32,000 bases of DNA from Pyrodictium delaneyi (GCF_001412615.1 NZ_CP013011.1:1740001-1772000), one strand, 5' to 3'; positions 15,906-25,059 are shown, counted from the stretch's first letter. The notes: a model not told the origin generated them from the sequence alone. A program made the numbers and translations.

Positions 15906-17000
15906 GTGCCTGTCCGTGTCAAACCATGGCTCGAGAACCAGGAGGGATACAAGCCAAGGAGTTATGGAGTAATCCGGGCCCGGCTAGACCTCAACGAGTC
16001 ACCCTACCCACCCCCCGCCCGGGTAGTAGAAGCGGTGACTAGGGAGGCGGCGCGGGGGAACCGGTACCCGGAGGCAGCGCAGTACCAGCACCTGACGGAG
16101 CTGCTCTCCTCCTATACTGGTGCAGCCCCCGAGCAGATAATAGTCGGCCTAGGCGGCGACATGGTTTTAGAGAAAGCCTTTACCCTGGTATTAGGCCACA
16201 GAGAGAAGGCCGTGTATCCTTGGCCCTCCTTCAGCATGTACGAAGTCTACACGAGGCAGCAAGGCGGCGAGGCGGCCAAGATAGAGCTTGAGCCTAGCGA
16301 TGATAGATGGCAGTTAGACTGGAGCCGGTTCACCAAGGAGGCGCTCTCGGCGCGGCTGGTGGCGCTCGATAACCCTAATAATCCTACGGGGAGCCTCATA
16401 GCGCCAAGTGAAGACGAGCTAGCCGAGCTTCTAGAGAAGCTGAGCAGAGAGGGAGTACTCCTGATACTCGACGAGGCCTACTACGAGTTCAGCGGCGTCA
16501 CATACGCTGGCCTGACAGAGAGCTATGACAACCTCCTAGTAGTGCGGACGCTCAGCAAGGCGTTCAGCCTAGCAGGGCTCCGGGTAGGCTATGGTATAGC
16601 ACACCCCAGCCTAGCAGAAAAGCTTCGCAGCCTACTCCCACCATTCCTCCCCAGGACGAGCCTAGCCGCCGCTATAGCGGCCCTCGAGGAGCCCAGCTAC
16701 GCAGCGAAAGTGGTAGAAGTCATCCGGAGGGAACGAGAGTGGCTAGCCAAGAGTCTCCGCAAGCTCCCCGGGATACGGGTATACAGGTCGGCAACCAACT
16801 TCCTCCTAGTAGAGACTCCAGTACCCAAGGTGGTAGATAGACTAGCGGAACACGGCATAGCGGTACGCCGTGTTCCGCTGGGCGACAACTGGTTACGCGT
16901 GACAGTCAGCACACCTGCCGAGAACAGGCTATTCTTAGAGACGCTCGCCAAGATAGTAAAAACAGCTGAGAATATCAATGACAGTTCAGAAGAATTGTAG
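15906..17000 (+). CDS. hisC: Histidinol-phosphate aminotransferase (class II PLP aminotransferase)
   Basis: 'LDLNESPYPP', 'NPNNPTG', and the PLP-lysine motif 'RTLSKAFSLAGLRVGY'. GTG start. Confidence 0.85.
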   Translation: MPVRVKPWLENQEGYKPRSYGVIRARLDLNESPYPPPARVVEAVTREAARGNRYPEAAQYQHLTELLSSYTGAAPEQIIVGLGGDMVLEKAFTLVLGHREKAVYPWPSFSMYEVYTRQQGGEAAKIELEPSDDRWQLDWSRFTKEALSARLVALDNPNNPTGSLIAPSEDELAELLEKLSREGVLLILDEAYYEFSGVTYAGLTESYDNLLVVRTLSKAFSLAGLRVGYGIAHPSLAEKLRSLLPPFLPRTSLAAAIAALEEPSYAAKVVEVIRREREWLAKSLRKLPGIRVYRSATNFLLVETPVPKVVDRLAEHGIAVRRVPLGDNWLRVTVSTPAENRLFLETLAKIVKTAENINDSSEEL

Positions 17001-17222
17001 GCCGGCGAGTATTATCTCTTATGCATGTTTGCGTCTTTGTGCAGTGATTGGCCAAGTACATATACCTGCTGCAGTGTATTACGGTTAATCGGTGTAGAAT
17101 TATACAGATACATTACGGTGATCTAAGCCCGGGCTTTGATCGTCTTACAGTGTGCTAACCAAGTCTAGGATATACTCCCGGGTGTCGGCGTGTATTAAGG
17201 CATAGTACTAGGTGATATATCT

Positions 17223-18647
17223 ATGACAGAGGCTACTAAGCAGTGTACAGAGAGAGGACTACAGGATCTGCGGCAGCAAGTGCTAGAAGCTCCAGTAACT
17301 ATAACAATTCTGAAACTATCAGCACCGTTAATGCTAGGCAATCTAGTGAGTAGTCTCTACTGGTTGATCGACGCGTTCTGGCTTGGATTGCTCGGTGTAG
17401 AGGAATTCTCAGTACCTACTCTAGCTTATTACCCCTTTCTCATAGTGTACACGGCCCTTGTAGGCTTCCTAACAGCAGCAGTTTCTCTTGTAAGCCAGAT
17501 CACTGGAAGAGGAAATGTAGACGAAATAGTAGAGACCGTGAACAAGGTCTTGGGTGCTAGTATCCTGGCGGGTTTAATGTTTGGCTTGGCTGGTTTCGTT
17601 CTTTCGCCCCTTTTTGTGAGACTGATTGGTGCAAGCGGCGAGATGGCTATATCGGCAACAACTTATCTGCGTCTTCAATTCATAGCGTTACCCGTTGCAG
17701 CATTCACTTACACATTTAGGTATGTTGCATCATCGCTTGGCGATACTCGTACACCAATGATACTCATGACAGTATCTATGCTAATCAACATAGTTCTCGA
17801 CCCCTTTCTAATATTCGGACTCTGGATATTCCCCCGCCTTGAAGTATTAGGTGCAGCCATAGCAACAGTAGTTGCAAAATCACTAACCGCCATAGTAATA
17901 GTAGTCATGCTTAGAAGAGGATTCCATGGAGTTAGGCTCCATCCTAAGATGATGCTGCCATCTCGCCGCATACTAAAGGTAATGATATCTGTCGGTACTC
18001 CACTAGGCATCAACATGTCTGTACAACATGTTAGTGAATATATCTTGGTAGGCATTATAACAAGAATAGATATGATGCTCGGAACCGTAGCAGCGATCGC
18101 TGCTTACACAATAGGCTTCCGTATCCTCGATGTGCTTCGTTCAATAGTAGCAGCCCTATCCCAGGCTGCTGCAGCAGTAATAGGACAATCACTAGGTGCA
18201 GGTCTACGTGACCGTGCAGAAACAGCAGTAGCATCCTTAACCTGGATGGTGTTCATAACACTAGTAACTGCTGCGATACTCCTCGCAGTAAAAGGTTACA
18301 ATATAGCGGGTTTGTTCATAGACAATCCAGCAGCAATTATGGAAGCCTGGCAATACCTCTTTCTCCTTGGACTAAGCCTCCCACTATTTACATTCTTCCT
18401 AGTAGCATGGAGCATAGGAGTTGCAACTGGGAAAAACCAGATACCAACATATATAGCTGTTATAAGGACAATTGGGATAAGACTACCCTTAGCATACACG
18501 CTAGCATTTATTCTAGGCATGACAAGCCTAGGAGTATGGATAGCAATAGCTATAAGTAACATGATAGCAGGCTTATTATCCGCGTTATGGATCGTGAAGG
18601 GCAAATGGCTAGAAGCAGAGGCTCTCAGAAAGTATCAGAAGAGCTAG
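17223..18647 (+). CDS. MATE-family multidrug/oligosaccharidyl-lipid efflux transporter
   Basis: 474 aa with ~12 predicted TM helices arranged as two internal halves. The N-terminus 'ILKLSAPLMLGNLVSSLYWLIDAFWLG' is typical of MatE. GC content is markedly lower than in hisC. Confidence 0.85.
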   Translation: MTEATKQCTERGLQDLRQQVLEAPVTITILKLSAPLMLGNLVSSLYWLIDAFWLGLLGVEEFSVPTLAYYPFLIVYTALVGFLTAAVSLVSQITGRGNVDEIVETVNKVLGASILAGLMFGLAGFVLSPLFVRLIGASGEMAISATTYLRLQFIALPVAAFTYTFRYVASSLGDTRTPMILMTVSMLINIVLDPFLIFGLWIFPRLEVLGAAIATVVAKSLTAIVIVVMLRRGFHGVRLHPKMMLPSRRILKVMISVGTPLGINMSVQHVSEYILVGIITRIDMMLGTVAAIAAYTIGFRILDVLRSIVAALSQAAAAVIGQSLGAGLRDRAETAVASLTWMVFITLVTAAILLAVKGYNIAGLFIDNPAAIMEAWQYLFLLGLSLPLFTFFLVAWSIGVATGKNQIPTYIAVIRTIGIRLPLAYTLAFILGMTSLGVWIAIAISNMIAGLLSALWIVKGKWLEAEALRKYQKS

Positions 18648-19042
18648 CTATGAAGATGCTTTGCGGCGATGCATACGGCTTCAACAAAGCTATATATTGT
18701 ATCCACGAGCATTTCAGCTAGTTCTTTCTCGGTTTCCTCCCGGAGTCTCGGTATCTTCTCTAAACGGAGAGACAGGCCAAAGAGGCTTCTCTGCATCCTT
18801 TCAACGATCTCACCAACAAGACAACGCTCATCCCATTCTTTATTTACGCCGCAACCACGTATACAAGGCTCTAACGCTTCTGCGAGCGCTTCAGCAACCT
18901 TCTTCAATACTCTTGCCATCCCACTACCTTTGCCACGATCCTTACCTAAGGCCTCTGAAAGCTCTTGAAGTAATGCGATGGAATCCTGGCAGCTAGAAAA
19001 GAGTTTATCAAGACAATCGGTTAATTCGTTGCTCTTTCCCAT
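18644..19042 (-). CDS. Hypothetical Cys-rich helical protein, tightly coupled downstream of the MoaD-like gene
   Basis: The track ORF (to 19126) would overlap the MoaD-like gene. ATG 19042 lies 13 nt after that gene's stop. 132 aa, helical, with Cys residues at 'CLDKLFSSC' and 'CIRGCGVNKEWDERC'. Confidence 0.55.
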   Translation of the reverse strand: MGKSNELTDCLDKLFSSCQDSIALLQELSEALGKDRGKGSGMARVLKKVAEALAEALEPCIRGCGVNKEWDERCLVGEIVERMQRSLFGLSLRLEKIPRLREETEKELAEMLVDTIYSFVEAVCIAAKHLHS

Positions 19043-19055
19043 AGCAGGTATACCC

Positions 19056-19343
19056 CTAGACGACAAAGAGGGCGCGAGGCGAGAATAGTACCTTATCCCC
19101 GTCTTTGAGTACTGTATCAAGCCCATCTAGGAAGTCTATACGTCTGCCATTAACAGCTATTTCTACTGGGTGTTTAAGCTCACCTTTATCATCCAATACT
19201 AATCGGCGGAAGCCTTGTTTAATCTTGGTGTCAATGTAGTCTATTAGATCTCTAACCGTCGAGCCTTCAGGAATCTCGACTTCAATATAGAATTTCCCTA
19301 TCTCCTCGTAGAATTCTTGGATAAATACAGCCCGAATCTTCAT
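19056..19343 (-). CDS. MoaD/ThiS-like beta-grasp (ubiquitin-like) protein lacking the C-terminal Gly-Gly
   Basis: 'MKIRAVF...STVRDLIDYI...EIAVNGRRIDFLDGLDTVLKDGDKVLFSPRALFVV' matches the MoaD pattern up to the position where '..PPVSGG' is expected. GGGTG lies 7 nt upstream of the ATG. Confidence 0.7.
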   Translation of the reverse strand: MKIRAVFIQEFYEEIGKFYIEVEIPEGSTVRDLIDYIDTKIKQGFRRLVLDDKGELKHPVEIAVNGRRIDFLDGLDTVLKDGDKVLFSPRALFVV

Positions 19344-19471
19344 GACTAGTCACCCTATCGTATTCCACGGGGTCATTAGGGATTAGGCGTCCCATGTGGT
19401 CGAGTCTGGGATAATGTGAATGTGGAGTTCTCAAATATAGCTTATAGCATAGCTACAACAACTAGAGTTTG

Positions 19472-19500
19472 CACACCCCCTTGAGGTGTGATTAAAAGAA
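19472..19500 (-). terminator. AOR terminator candidate: T-rich tract (ttctttt) plus hairpin CACACC-N7-GGTGTG
   Basis: The minus strand reads 'cgccgttcttttaatCACACCtcaagggGGTGTGcaaac', 43-70 nt after the AOR stop at 19543. Confidence 0.4.
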
Positions 19501-19542
19501 CGGCGAAAGACTAGGTTTGGTTATGACAAAAATATTGTGAGG

Positions 19543-21465
19543 TTAGGATACTATGTAGAGGAACTCTTCGAGGCCTAGCCTCTTCAGAGTCTCTGGTAGA
19601 GGCTTGCCGTCCTCCCAGCCACGTAGCTTGTAGTACTCTGGTAGGTACTTCTCGATGGCCTCCTTTGCAGTCCTGCCCTTGGCTGGGCCGTCGGGTAGTG
19701 GCTCCTCGATTAGCCTCTTTGGTAGGTAATCCTTGTAGCCGTGTCCTTCTCTCACAGCGAAGAGCCTCTCCACGTTGTATATCCTCTCGCCTATCGTTAG
19801 TAGCTCCTCTGTTGTGAGGTCCTCCCAGCCCATTGCTGCCTGGAGTAGTGGTACGTAGTCCTCTGGGCTGTCCGCGAATGTGTTGAACTTGCATACTACG
19901 AGGCTGTCTATTACGGCGAAGTGCTCCTGCTGGAACTTTACCAGCTTCACCTTCTCCATGTCTACCTGGAGTGGATCGAACTTCTTGGGTACGCCTAGCA
20001 CGTCGAAGCTCACTGCGTAGGCGCGTAGGTGGCAGCCGCCACGGTTGCTTGTAGCGTAGCTGAGGGCCATGCTGTTGATTGCGCGGGGGTCGTAGGCTGG
20101 TAGTTCGAGGCCTCTGACGTGTACTGCAGAGTCGGGGCTGCCGAAGGCTTCTGCTAGCCTTGCAGCACCCTCTGCTGTGTAGTCGCCGATGCCATCGCGG
20201 TAGGCTGTCCTCCATATTAGCTGTATTACTGCGTCAGCGTTGCCCCAGGTGGGCTCGATGTCCTCTAGGAGGCTGAGGAGCTTCTTAGCCTTGTCCTCGG
20301 GTAGCTCGCCCTTCTGGGCCTTCTCGTAGAGCTCCATAAGCGTGGCGGCCGTGTTGCCGAAGCTTATGGTGTCGAAGCCTAGATCGTTGAGCAGGTAGTT
20401 TATCTTTATTAGAGCCTCCATGTTGCCTATCATCGTGTTACCGCCGTTGGCCCAGATGGTCTCGTACTCTGGGCCCTCGCTGACGGGGGTGCGGTAGGGG
20501 CCGCTCTTTACCTCGGCTACACGGGCGCAGCGTATGACACAGCCCCAGCAGCCTTTGTTTGTCTTGAGGTATTTCTCTGCGAGGTACTCACCGCTGATCT
20601 CGTAAGCCTTCTCGAAGGTGCCGCGGGTCCAGTTCTTCGTCGGGAAGCCGCCGTGCTCGTTGATAATGTTTACTAGTACGGCGGTTCCGTACTTGCCTAG
20701 AGCTTGACTGATGCTATGCTCCTGTATCTTCTTCATGAGCTTCTTGGCGGCTTCGAAGAACTTCTGGCGGTCGTAGAGCTCAATCTGCCTCTTACCGTAA
20801 GCGAATATAGCCTTGACACGCTTGCTGCCCATTACGGCGCCTAGGCCTGTACGGCCAGCAGCACGATACTTATCGTTCATTATGGCAGCTATCTTTGATA
20901 GGTTTTCGCCCGCGGGGCCGATGGCTAGGACGCTGCCAAGATCCTCCTTGGTTATCCCTACGTTCTCGCGTATTACCTTCTCTGTGTAGATGACACCTTT
21001 GCCCCAGAGGTTGCGGGCGTCGTGGAACTTTACCTCGCCGTCAATTATGCTTATCCATACAGGTTCCTCACTTATGCCTTCGAGGACTATGCCGTCGTAA
21101 CCGGCGAAGCGTAGCCAGGGGCCGAACTGGCCGCCCGAGTTAGAGTCGCCAAGAATGCCTGTAAGCGGGCTCTTTGCAACGGCATGATAACGACCGCTCT
21201 CTATGGCTGCAGTGCCAGTTATGGGACCAGTTAGGATGTAGAGCCTGTTCTCGGGGCCTAGAGGGTCAGCACCTGGTGGTATCTCGCGTAGAGCCAGGTA
21301 GGCACCGAGACCGCGTCCGCCGAGGAACTTTCTGAGAATCTTCTCGTCAATCTTCTCTTCGCGGACCTTCTGGTTCCATAGGTCTATACGGAGTAACTTG
21401 AACTCCACCGTATGCACCGCGTAGAAGGGATTAAGGGGGGATATTTTGACCCTTCGCGTAAACAA
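19543..21465 (-). CDS. aor: Tungsten-type aldehyde:ferredoxin oxidoreductase (AOR/FOR family)
   Basis: N-terminus 'LLRIDLWNQKVREEKIDEKILRKFLGGRGLGAYLA' and the [4Fe-4S] motif 'GCWGCVIRC' (CxxCxxxC). ~620 aa. The real start is probably GTG 21408 or 21417 rather than TTG 21465. Confidence 0.9.
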   Translation of the reverse strand: MFTRRVKISPLNPFYAVHTVEFKLLRIDLWNQKVREEKIDEKILRKFLGGRGLGAYLALREIPPGADPLGPENRLYILTGPITGTAAIESGRYHAVAKSPLTGILGDSNSGGQFGPWLRFAGYDGIVLEGISEEPVWISIIDGEVKFHDARNLWGKGVIYTEKVIRENVGITKEDLGSVLAIGPAGENLSKIAAIMNDKYRAAGRTGLGAVMGSKRVKAIFAYGKRQIELYDRQKFFEAAKKLMKKIQEHSISQALGKYGTAVLVNIINEHGGFPTKNWTRGTFEKAYEISGEYLAEKYLKTNKGCWGCVIRCARVAEVKSGPYRTPVSEGPEYETIWANGGNTMIGNMEALIKINYLLNDLGFDTISFGNTAATLMELYEKAQKGELPEDKAKKLLSLLEDIEPTWGNADAVIQLIWRTAYRDGIGDYTAEGAARLAEAFGSPDSAVHVRGLELPAYDPRAINSMALSYATSNRGGCHLRAYAVSFDVLGVPKKFDPLQVDMEKVKLVKFQQEHFAVIDSLVVCKFNTFADSPEDYVPLLQAAMGWEDLTTEELLTIGERIYNVERLFAVREGHGYKDYLPKRLIEEPLPDGPAKGRTAKEAIEKYLPEYYKLRGWEDGKPLPETLKRLGLEEFLYIVS

Positions 21466-21742
21466 CTAATTATGATTTATCGTTAAAGAAACATATGCTT
21501 AGTACAGATGTGGGAGACGTGTGCATCCATGAATGGTGGCAAGCAGAGAGGCTATTAATAAATAAATCATTCGTCATTATCATACATTAATGTGTGGTGT
21601 TAGGACAGCGAGGGAGGATGCGAGATCCGGAACTATGCTCATAAGGTATGGATGAATGAGCTGGAAATCAGTATTCCGGGTACACACTTGAACCCTCTGA
21701 ACAGAGACCAGGGCCATAATGTGCATTACCAGGTTTTTGTCT

Positions 21743-22516
21743 CTAGGCTCGCTGGTAGATTCCCAGCTCTGCTGACGTTTCTTGCGAATACCGTACAGTG
21801 TCCCTCAGTAAAAGTAAGGCTGCTTCTAGCGCGGCAGGGTTGTAGTCTAGGCGGAGCAGCGAGCGGTGATACATGTCAGCGAGTCGGCGAGGGAGCCCGG
21901 TAGCTATAGCGGTTGCTTCTACATCGCGGCGTTGAGCTCGCGGCCATGGTGGTTCTGCAAGACTTTCAGGGCATTTCCTGTTCTCGATTACTGCTGTAGC
22001 GGCGTAAACTGGTGCTATACCCAGAATATCGCGTACAAGCACACCCATGTCCGCTACAACGTTGAGACCTTGTGCAAGGGCATAGAGGGCTTCGTCGCCT
22101 ATCACTAGGGCGCATGGAGCGGCGCGTAGAAGCATCCAGACATTCCGGGTGCTAAGCCGGAGGAGCCTAGGCTGGAGTCCTAGCTCTCGCAGCACAAGGC
22201 GGAGGTAGAGGATGCTTGTCCGCGTCTCCCCCGTTACAGCTATTGTGTCGCATTCTCTGAGTGTTGCTGGCCTTCTCGAGACTATAAGGACGCTCATTGT
22301 TTCTCGTTCACTGTACACCATCGGGCCTGGACATGTCTTCAGCTCCGTGTTTGTAGCTATTAGGCCTAGTGGTGCTAGCCCAGCGTCAGCGATACCATCC
22401 TTAAGCAATTGGAGTGTCTCTGGCGGTGGAGCTACATGGACGACGAAGCCCCGTGATACTAGCCAGCGACGCAGAGGTGCAGCATACTGGTAACCCGGTG
22501 CAACATATACGGGCAT
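21743..22516 (-). CDS. mqnA: Chorismate dehydratase (MqnA; MqnA/MqnD family)
   Basis: 'DAGLAPLGLIA', 'CALVIGDEAL' and 'VADMGVLVRDILGIAPVYAATAV' fit the MqnA pattern. ATG 22516 is preferred. GTG 22531 (the track start) is possible. Confidence 0.7.
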   Translation of the reverse strand: MPVYVAPGYQYAAPLRRWLVSRGFVVHVAPPPETLQLLKDGIADAGLAPLGLIATNTELKTCPGPMVYSERETMSVLIVSRRPATLRECDTIAVTGETRTSILYLRLVLRELGLQPRLLRLSTRNVWMLLRAAPCALVIGDEALYALAQGLNVVADMGVLVRDILGIAPVYAATAVIENRKCPESLAEPPWPRAQRRDVEATAIATGLPRRLADMYHRSLLRLDYNPAALEAALLLLRDTVRYSQETSAELGIYQRA

Positions 22517-22549
22517 TTCCAGCCTCCTCACACTAAGGTGTGCGAGGAG

Positions 22550-23719
22550 CTACTGTAGCCAGGGAAGCTCTGCTACATCGACCTTCTCCAGGTAATTGTA
22601 GAAGGTATCGCGCATCCAGGGAGTCCAGCCGGCTTGCCGGAGCATGTAAGCCAGCTCTGCTGGCTCCTTGCCGCCAGGGCCACCCCCAGCTGCTGAGATC
22701 ACCGCCTCCCGGTAGAACGTGCCACCAAGGTCGTTGGCTCCATGTGCTAGAGCGGCTTGCGCGAGCTTGTCCCCCATGCTTACCCAGTAGGCGACAATAT
22801 TATCGATAGCCCCTAGCAGAACCAGGCGGGCAGTAGCAATTATACGCAGATCATACTGGCCGTCGAGCCGGGCCCGTTCACGATAGAGCCGGGATCGGCC
22901 GAGCGGTGTATCGCCGGGATTGAACCGAACTGGTATGAACGATATGAAACCAGGAGCACGTTCCTTGAGCATCTTCACTCGGTAGAGGTGCCGTGCAACA
23001 CTGATAGGCTCCTCGACGTGCCCGTACATCAGTATAACGTTGCTCCTTATCCCTAGCCGGTGTGCCTCCTCGTGTACACGTAGATACTCTTCTGGGGGTA
23101 TCTTGCGCGGCGCGATGAAGCGCTGGAGCTCCTCGTCGAGAACCTCAGTACCGCCGCCCGATAGAGCGTCAAGCCCGAGCTCGTGTAACCTCTCAAGCAC
23201 CTCCCGTACACGCTGCCCTGTAGCACGAGCGATGAACCATATCTCCTCCGCGGTGAAGGCCTTCAGCACAGCATTAGGCGCTGCTTGCTTGATCGAGGAT
23301 ACTAGTTCCTCATAGTAACTGAAGGGGAGTTCCGGGTTATTCCCACCCACCAGGTGTATCTCCCGCACGCCATACTCCTCTACGGCGCGGCGGGCGGCCT
23401 CGGCCAGCTCCCTGGGCTCCCGGGTATACGCCTCGGGGCTGCTGGGGACACGGTAGAAGGCGCAGAAGCTGCACCGCGTCTCGCAGACATTAGTGTACGT
23501 TAAGTAGAGGTTTACAATGAAGCTGCCCCGGCCCTGCTTCGCTAGACGTGCGTAGTAGTCAGCGGCGGCTGCTAGGGCGTGGAAAGGCGTCTTCACTAGC
23601 AGCTCCTCTATGGCTGGCGGCTCGAGACGGTCTCCATGAATAGCCTTCTCTAGAGCCGGCGACCCAGCCTCGACAGCCAGCCTTTCGAGCCACCGGGGCG
23701 GCTCTAGCTGCTGCTTCAC
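22550..23719 (-). CDS. Radical-SAM menaquinone (futalosine) enzyme, MqnE/MqnC family; MqnE is weakly favoured because it is adjacent to mqnA
   Basis: Cluster motif 'CETRCSFCAF' lies ~70 aa from the N-terminus, within a TIM-barrel-type radical-SAM protein of ~390 aa. C-terminal 'RDTFYNY'. The GTG start overlaps the upstream stop (GTGA). Confidence 0.75.
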   Translation of the reverse strand: MKQQLEPPRWLERLAVEAGSPALEKAIHGDRLEPPAIEELLVKTPFHALAAAADYYARLAKQGRGSFIVNLYLTYTNVCETRCSFCAFYRVPSSPEAYTREPRELAEAARRAVEEYGVREIHLVGGNNPELPFSYYEELVSSIKQAAPNAVLKAFTAEEIWFIARATGQRVREVLERLHELGLDALSGGGTEVLDEELQRFIAPRKIPPEEYLRVHEEAHRLGIRSNVILMYGHVEEPISVARHLYRVKMLKERAPGFISFIPVRFNPGDTPLGRSRLYRERARLDGQYDLRIIATARLVLLGAIDNIVAYWVSMGDKLAQAALAHGANDLGGTFYREAVISAAGGGPGGKEPAELAYMLRQAGWTPWMRDTFYNYLEKVDVAELPWLQ

Positions 23720-24849
23720 CCTGCTACACCCCCGGTACTCACCGCTATGCGGGGCGTGGTTTCAACCGGATAGTACCAGTTGTCGCGCTCGTAGGGCTCG
23801 TATCCCGCGCTCCCTATTACGCGCTCTATGCTCCTGCGGACAAGAAGTGGCAATGGTACCCCTGCCGCTGGCAGCACCTTCTCGCCGTAGAGCGTGCCAC
23901 CCCAGTCGTTAGCACCGTAGTCTAGCGAGACCTGGCCCAGCCGTGTACCAGCAGTGAGCCAGCCAGCCTGTATCCAGGGTATCTCGTGGCGGAAGACGAG
24001 CCTAGCTACAGCCACGTTGCGTAGAAGCTCAGTGCCCCCTGCTGGGTAGGGCACGGTATCCTGTAACTCTGTGTTGCCTGGCTCGAAGTTCCACGCGATG
24101 AAGGCCATGATGAGACCCCGACGCCTCTGTAGCCGGAGCAGTGCGAGGAGGTGTTCAGCCCGCTCCCAGAGGGTCTCCATGTGCCCGTACATCATAGTAG
24201 TGCTGACCGGGAGCCCTAGCTTCATAATCTCGTCCATAACCTCGAGCCAGCGCTCGGCAGTAGTCTTAAGAGGAGAGATTATGCTGCGCACCCGAGGGCT
24301 CAGTATCTCTGCACCGGCACCAGGGACGCTATCTAGCCCCGCCTCGGCTAGTCTAGAGACAAGCTCCTTCACGCTAATCCGGTTCAGCTTCGAATACCAG
24401 TCTATCTCGACAGCACTGAGGCCGTGGATAGCCACCTCGCCGCGGGTCCTGCTCTTAATACCGCGGAAAACCTCCTCGAAGTACTCCAGCGGCGTCGACG
24501 GGTCTACGCCGCCCTGAAACAACACTTGACGTATGTGATACTTTTCCCAATGTTCGACAACAGAAGTTATGGCTTGAGAGGCGTCTAAGCGGTAGGCATC
24601 AGGTGCTCCAGGTTGGCGCCGGAATGCGCAGAACCTGCAATTGACTACACAAATGTTAGTATAGTTGAGTATCATGTTCACAACATAGCCTACACGCCTA
24701 CCCGTAATAGCATCTGTAACTGCACGAGCAAGAGAGCCTAGGAGCCAGAGAGGCATACGGTAAAGCTCCACGATATCATGTACAGAGGGTTTACCCTCAA
24801 GGACGTGTTCTACGGGACCAGCATAACCGAGTTCATCTGTAACACTCAA
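23716..24849 (-). CDS. Radical-SAM menaquinone (futalosine) enzyme, MqnC/MqnE family paralog
   Basis: Cluster motif 'CVVNCRFCAF' with the same architecture as the neighbouring gene. TTG start. Which paralog is MqnC and which is MqnE cannot be decided by eye. Confidence 0.75.
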   Translation of the reverse strand: MSVTDELGYAGPVEHVLEGKPSVHDIVELYRMPLWLLGSLARAVTDAITGRRVGYVVNMILNYTNICVVNCRFCAFRRQPGAPDAYRLDASQAITSVVEHWEKYHIRQVLFQGGVDPSTPLEYFEEVFRGIKSRTRGEVAIHGLSAVEIDWYSKLNRISVKELVSRLAEAGLDSVPGAGAEILSPRVRSIISPLKTTAERWLEVMDEIMKLGLPVSTTMMYGHMETLWERAEHLLALLRLQRRRGLIMAFIAWNFEPGNTELQDTVPYPAGGTELLRNVAVARLVFRHEIPWIQAGWLTAGTRLGQVSLDYGANDWGGTLYGEKVLPAAGVPLPLLVRRSIERVIGSAGYEPYERDNWYYPVETTPRIAVSTGGVAG

Positions 24850-25059
24850 CAGTTGCCTTATGCGCGGCTCCTCAAGATAATTTGTGGGTCCCCGGGGCAG
24901 GTGGGGCTTATGACTACGCAGAGAAGCACCACCCAGGAGTGGTGGCTTAAGCTGACCGTATATAACCTAAACCCGGCAGCTATGCTTCAAACACTATAGA
25001 AACAAATACAATGATAAGTTTGTCTTTGCATCAATTTGTACTGCCTTAACTGGGTACCA

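Noticed and set aside
17078-17119. Direct 8-mer repeat ATTACGGT (17078-17085 and 17112-17119) upstream of the MATE gene
   Set aside because: An 8-mer recurring within a ~220-nt spacer is close to chance expectation (rough estimate ~0.3-0.4), and there is no further supporting symmetry.
18644-19126. Full 160-aa version of the Cys-rich ORF
   Set aside because: The 5' extension would overlap the MoaD-like gene by 71 nt. ATG 19042, just after that gene's stop, gives a cleaner coupled arrangement, so the ORF was trimmed.
19511-20215. 234-aa minus-strand ORF, extremely Arg/Pro/Gln-rich
   Set aside because: It is an alternative frame inside the AOR coding region. Its low-complexity basic composition marks it as an artefact of the GC-rich AOR frame.
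21652-21903. 83-aa plus-strand ORF in the AOR/mqnA spacer
   Set aside because: Most of it is antisense to the mqnA 3' end, and it has no motif. The 277-nt spacer is better explained as the AOR promoter region plus the mqnA terminator.
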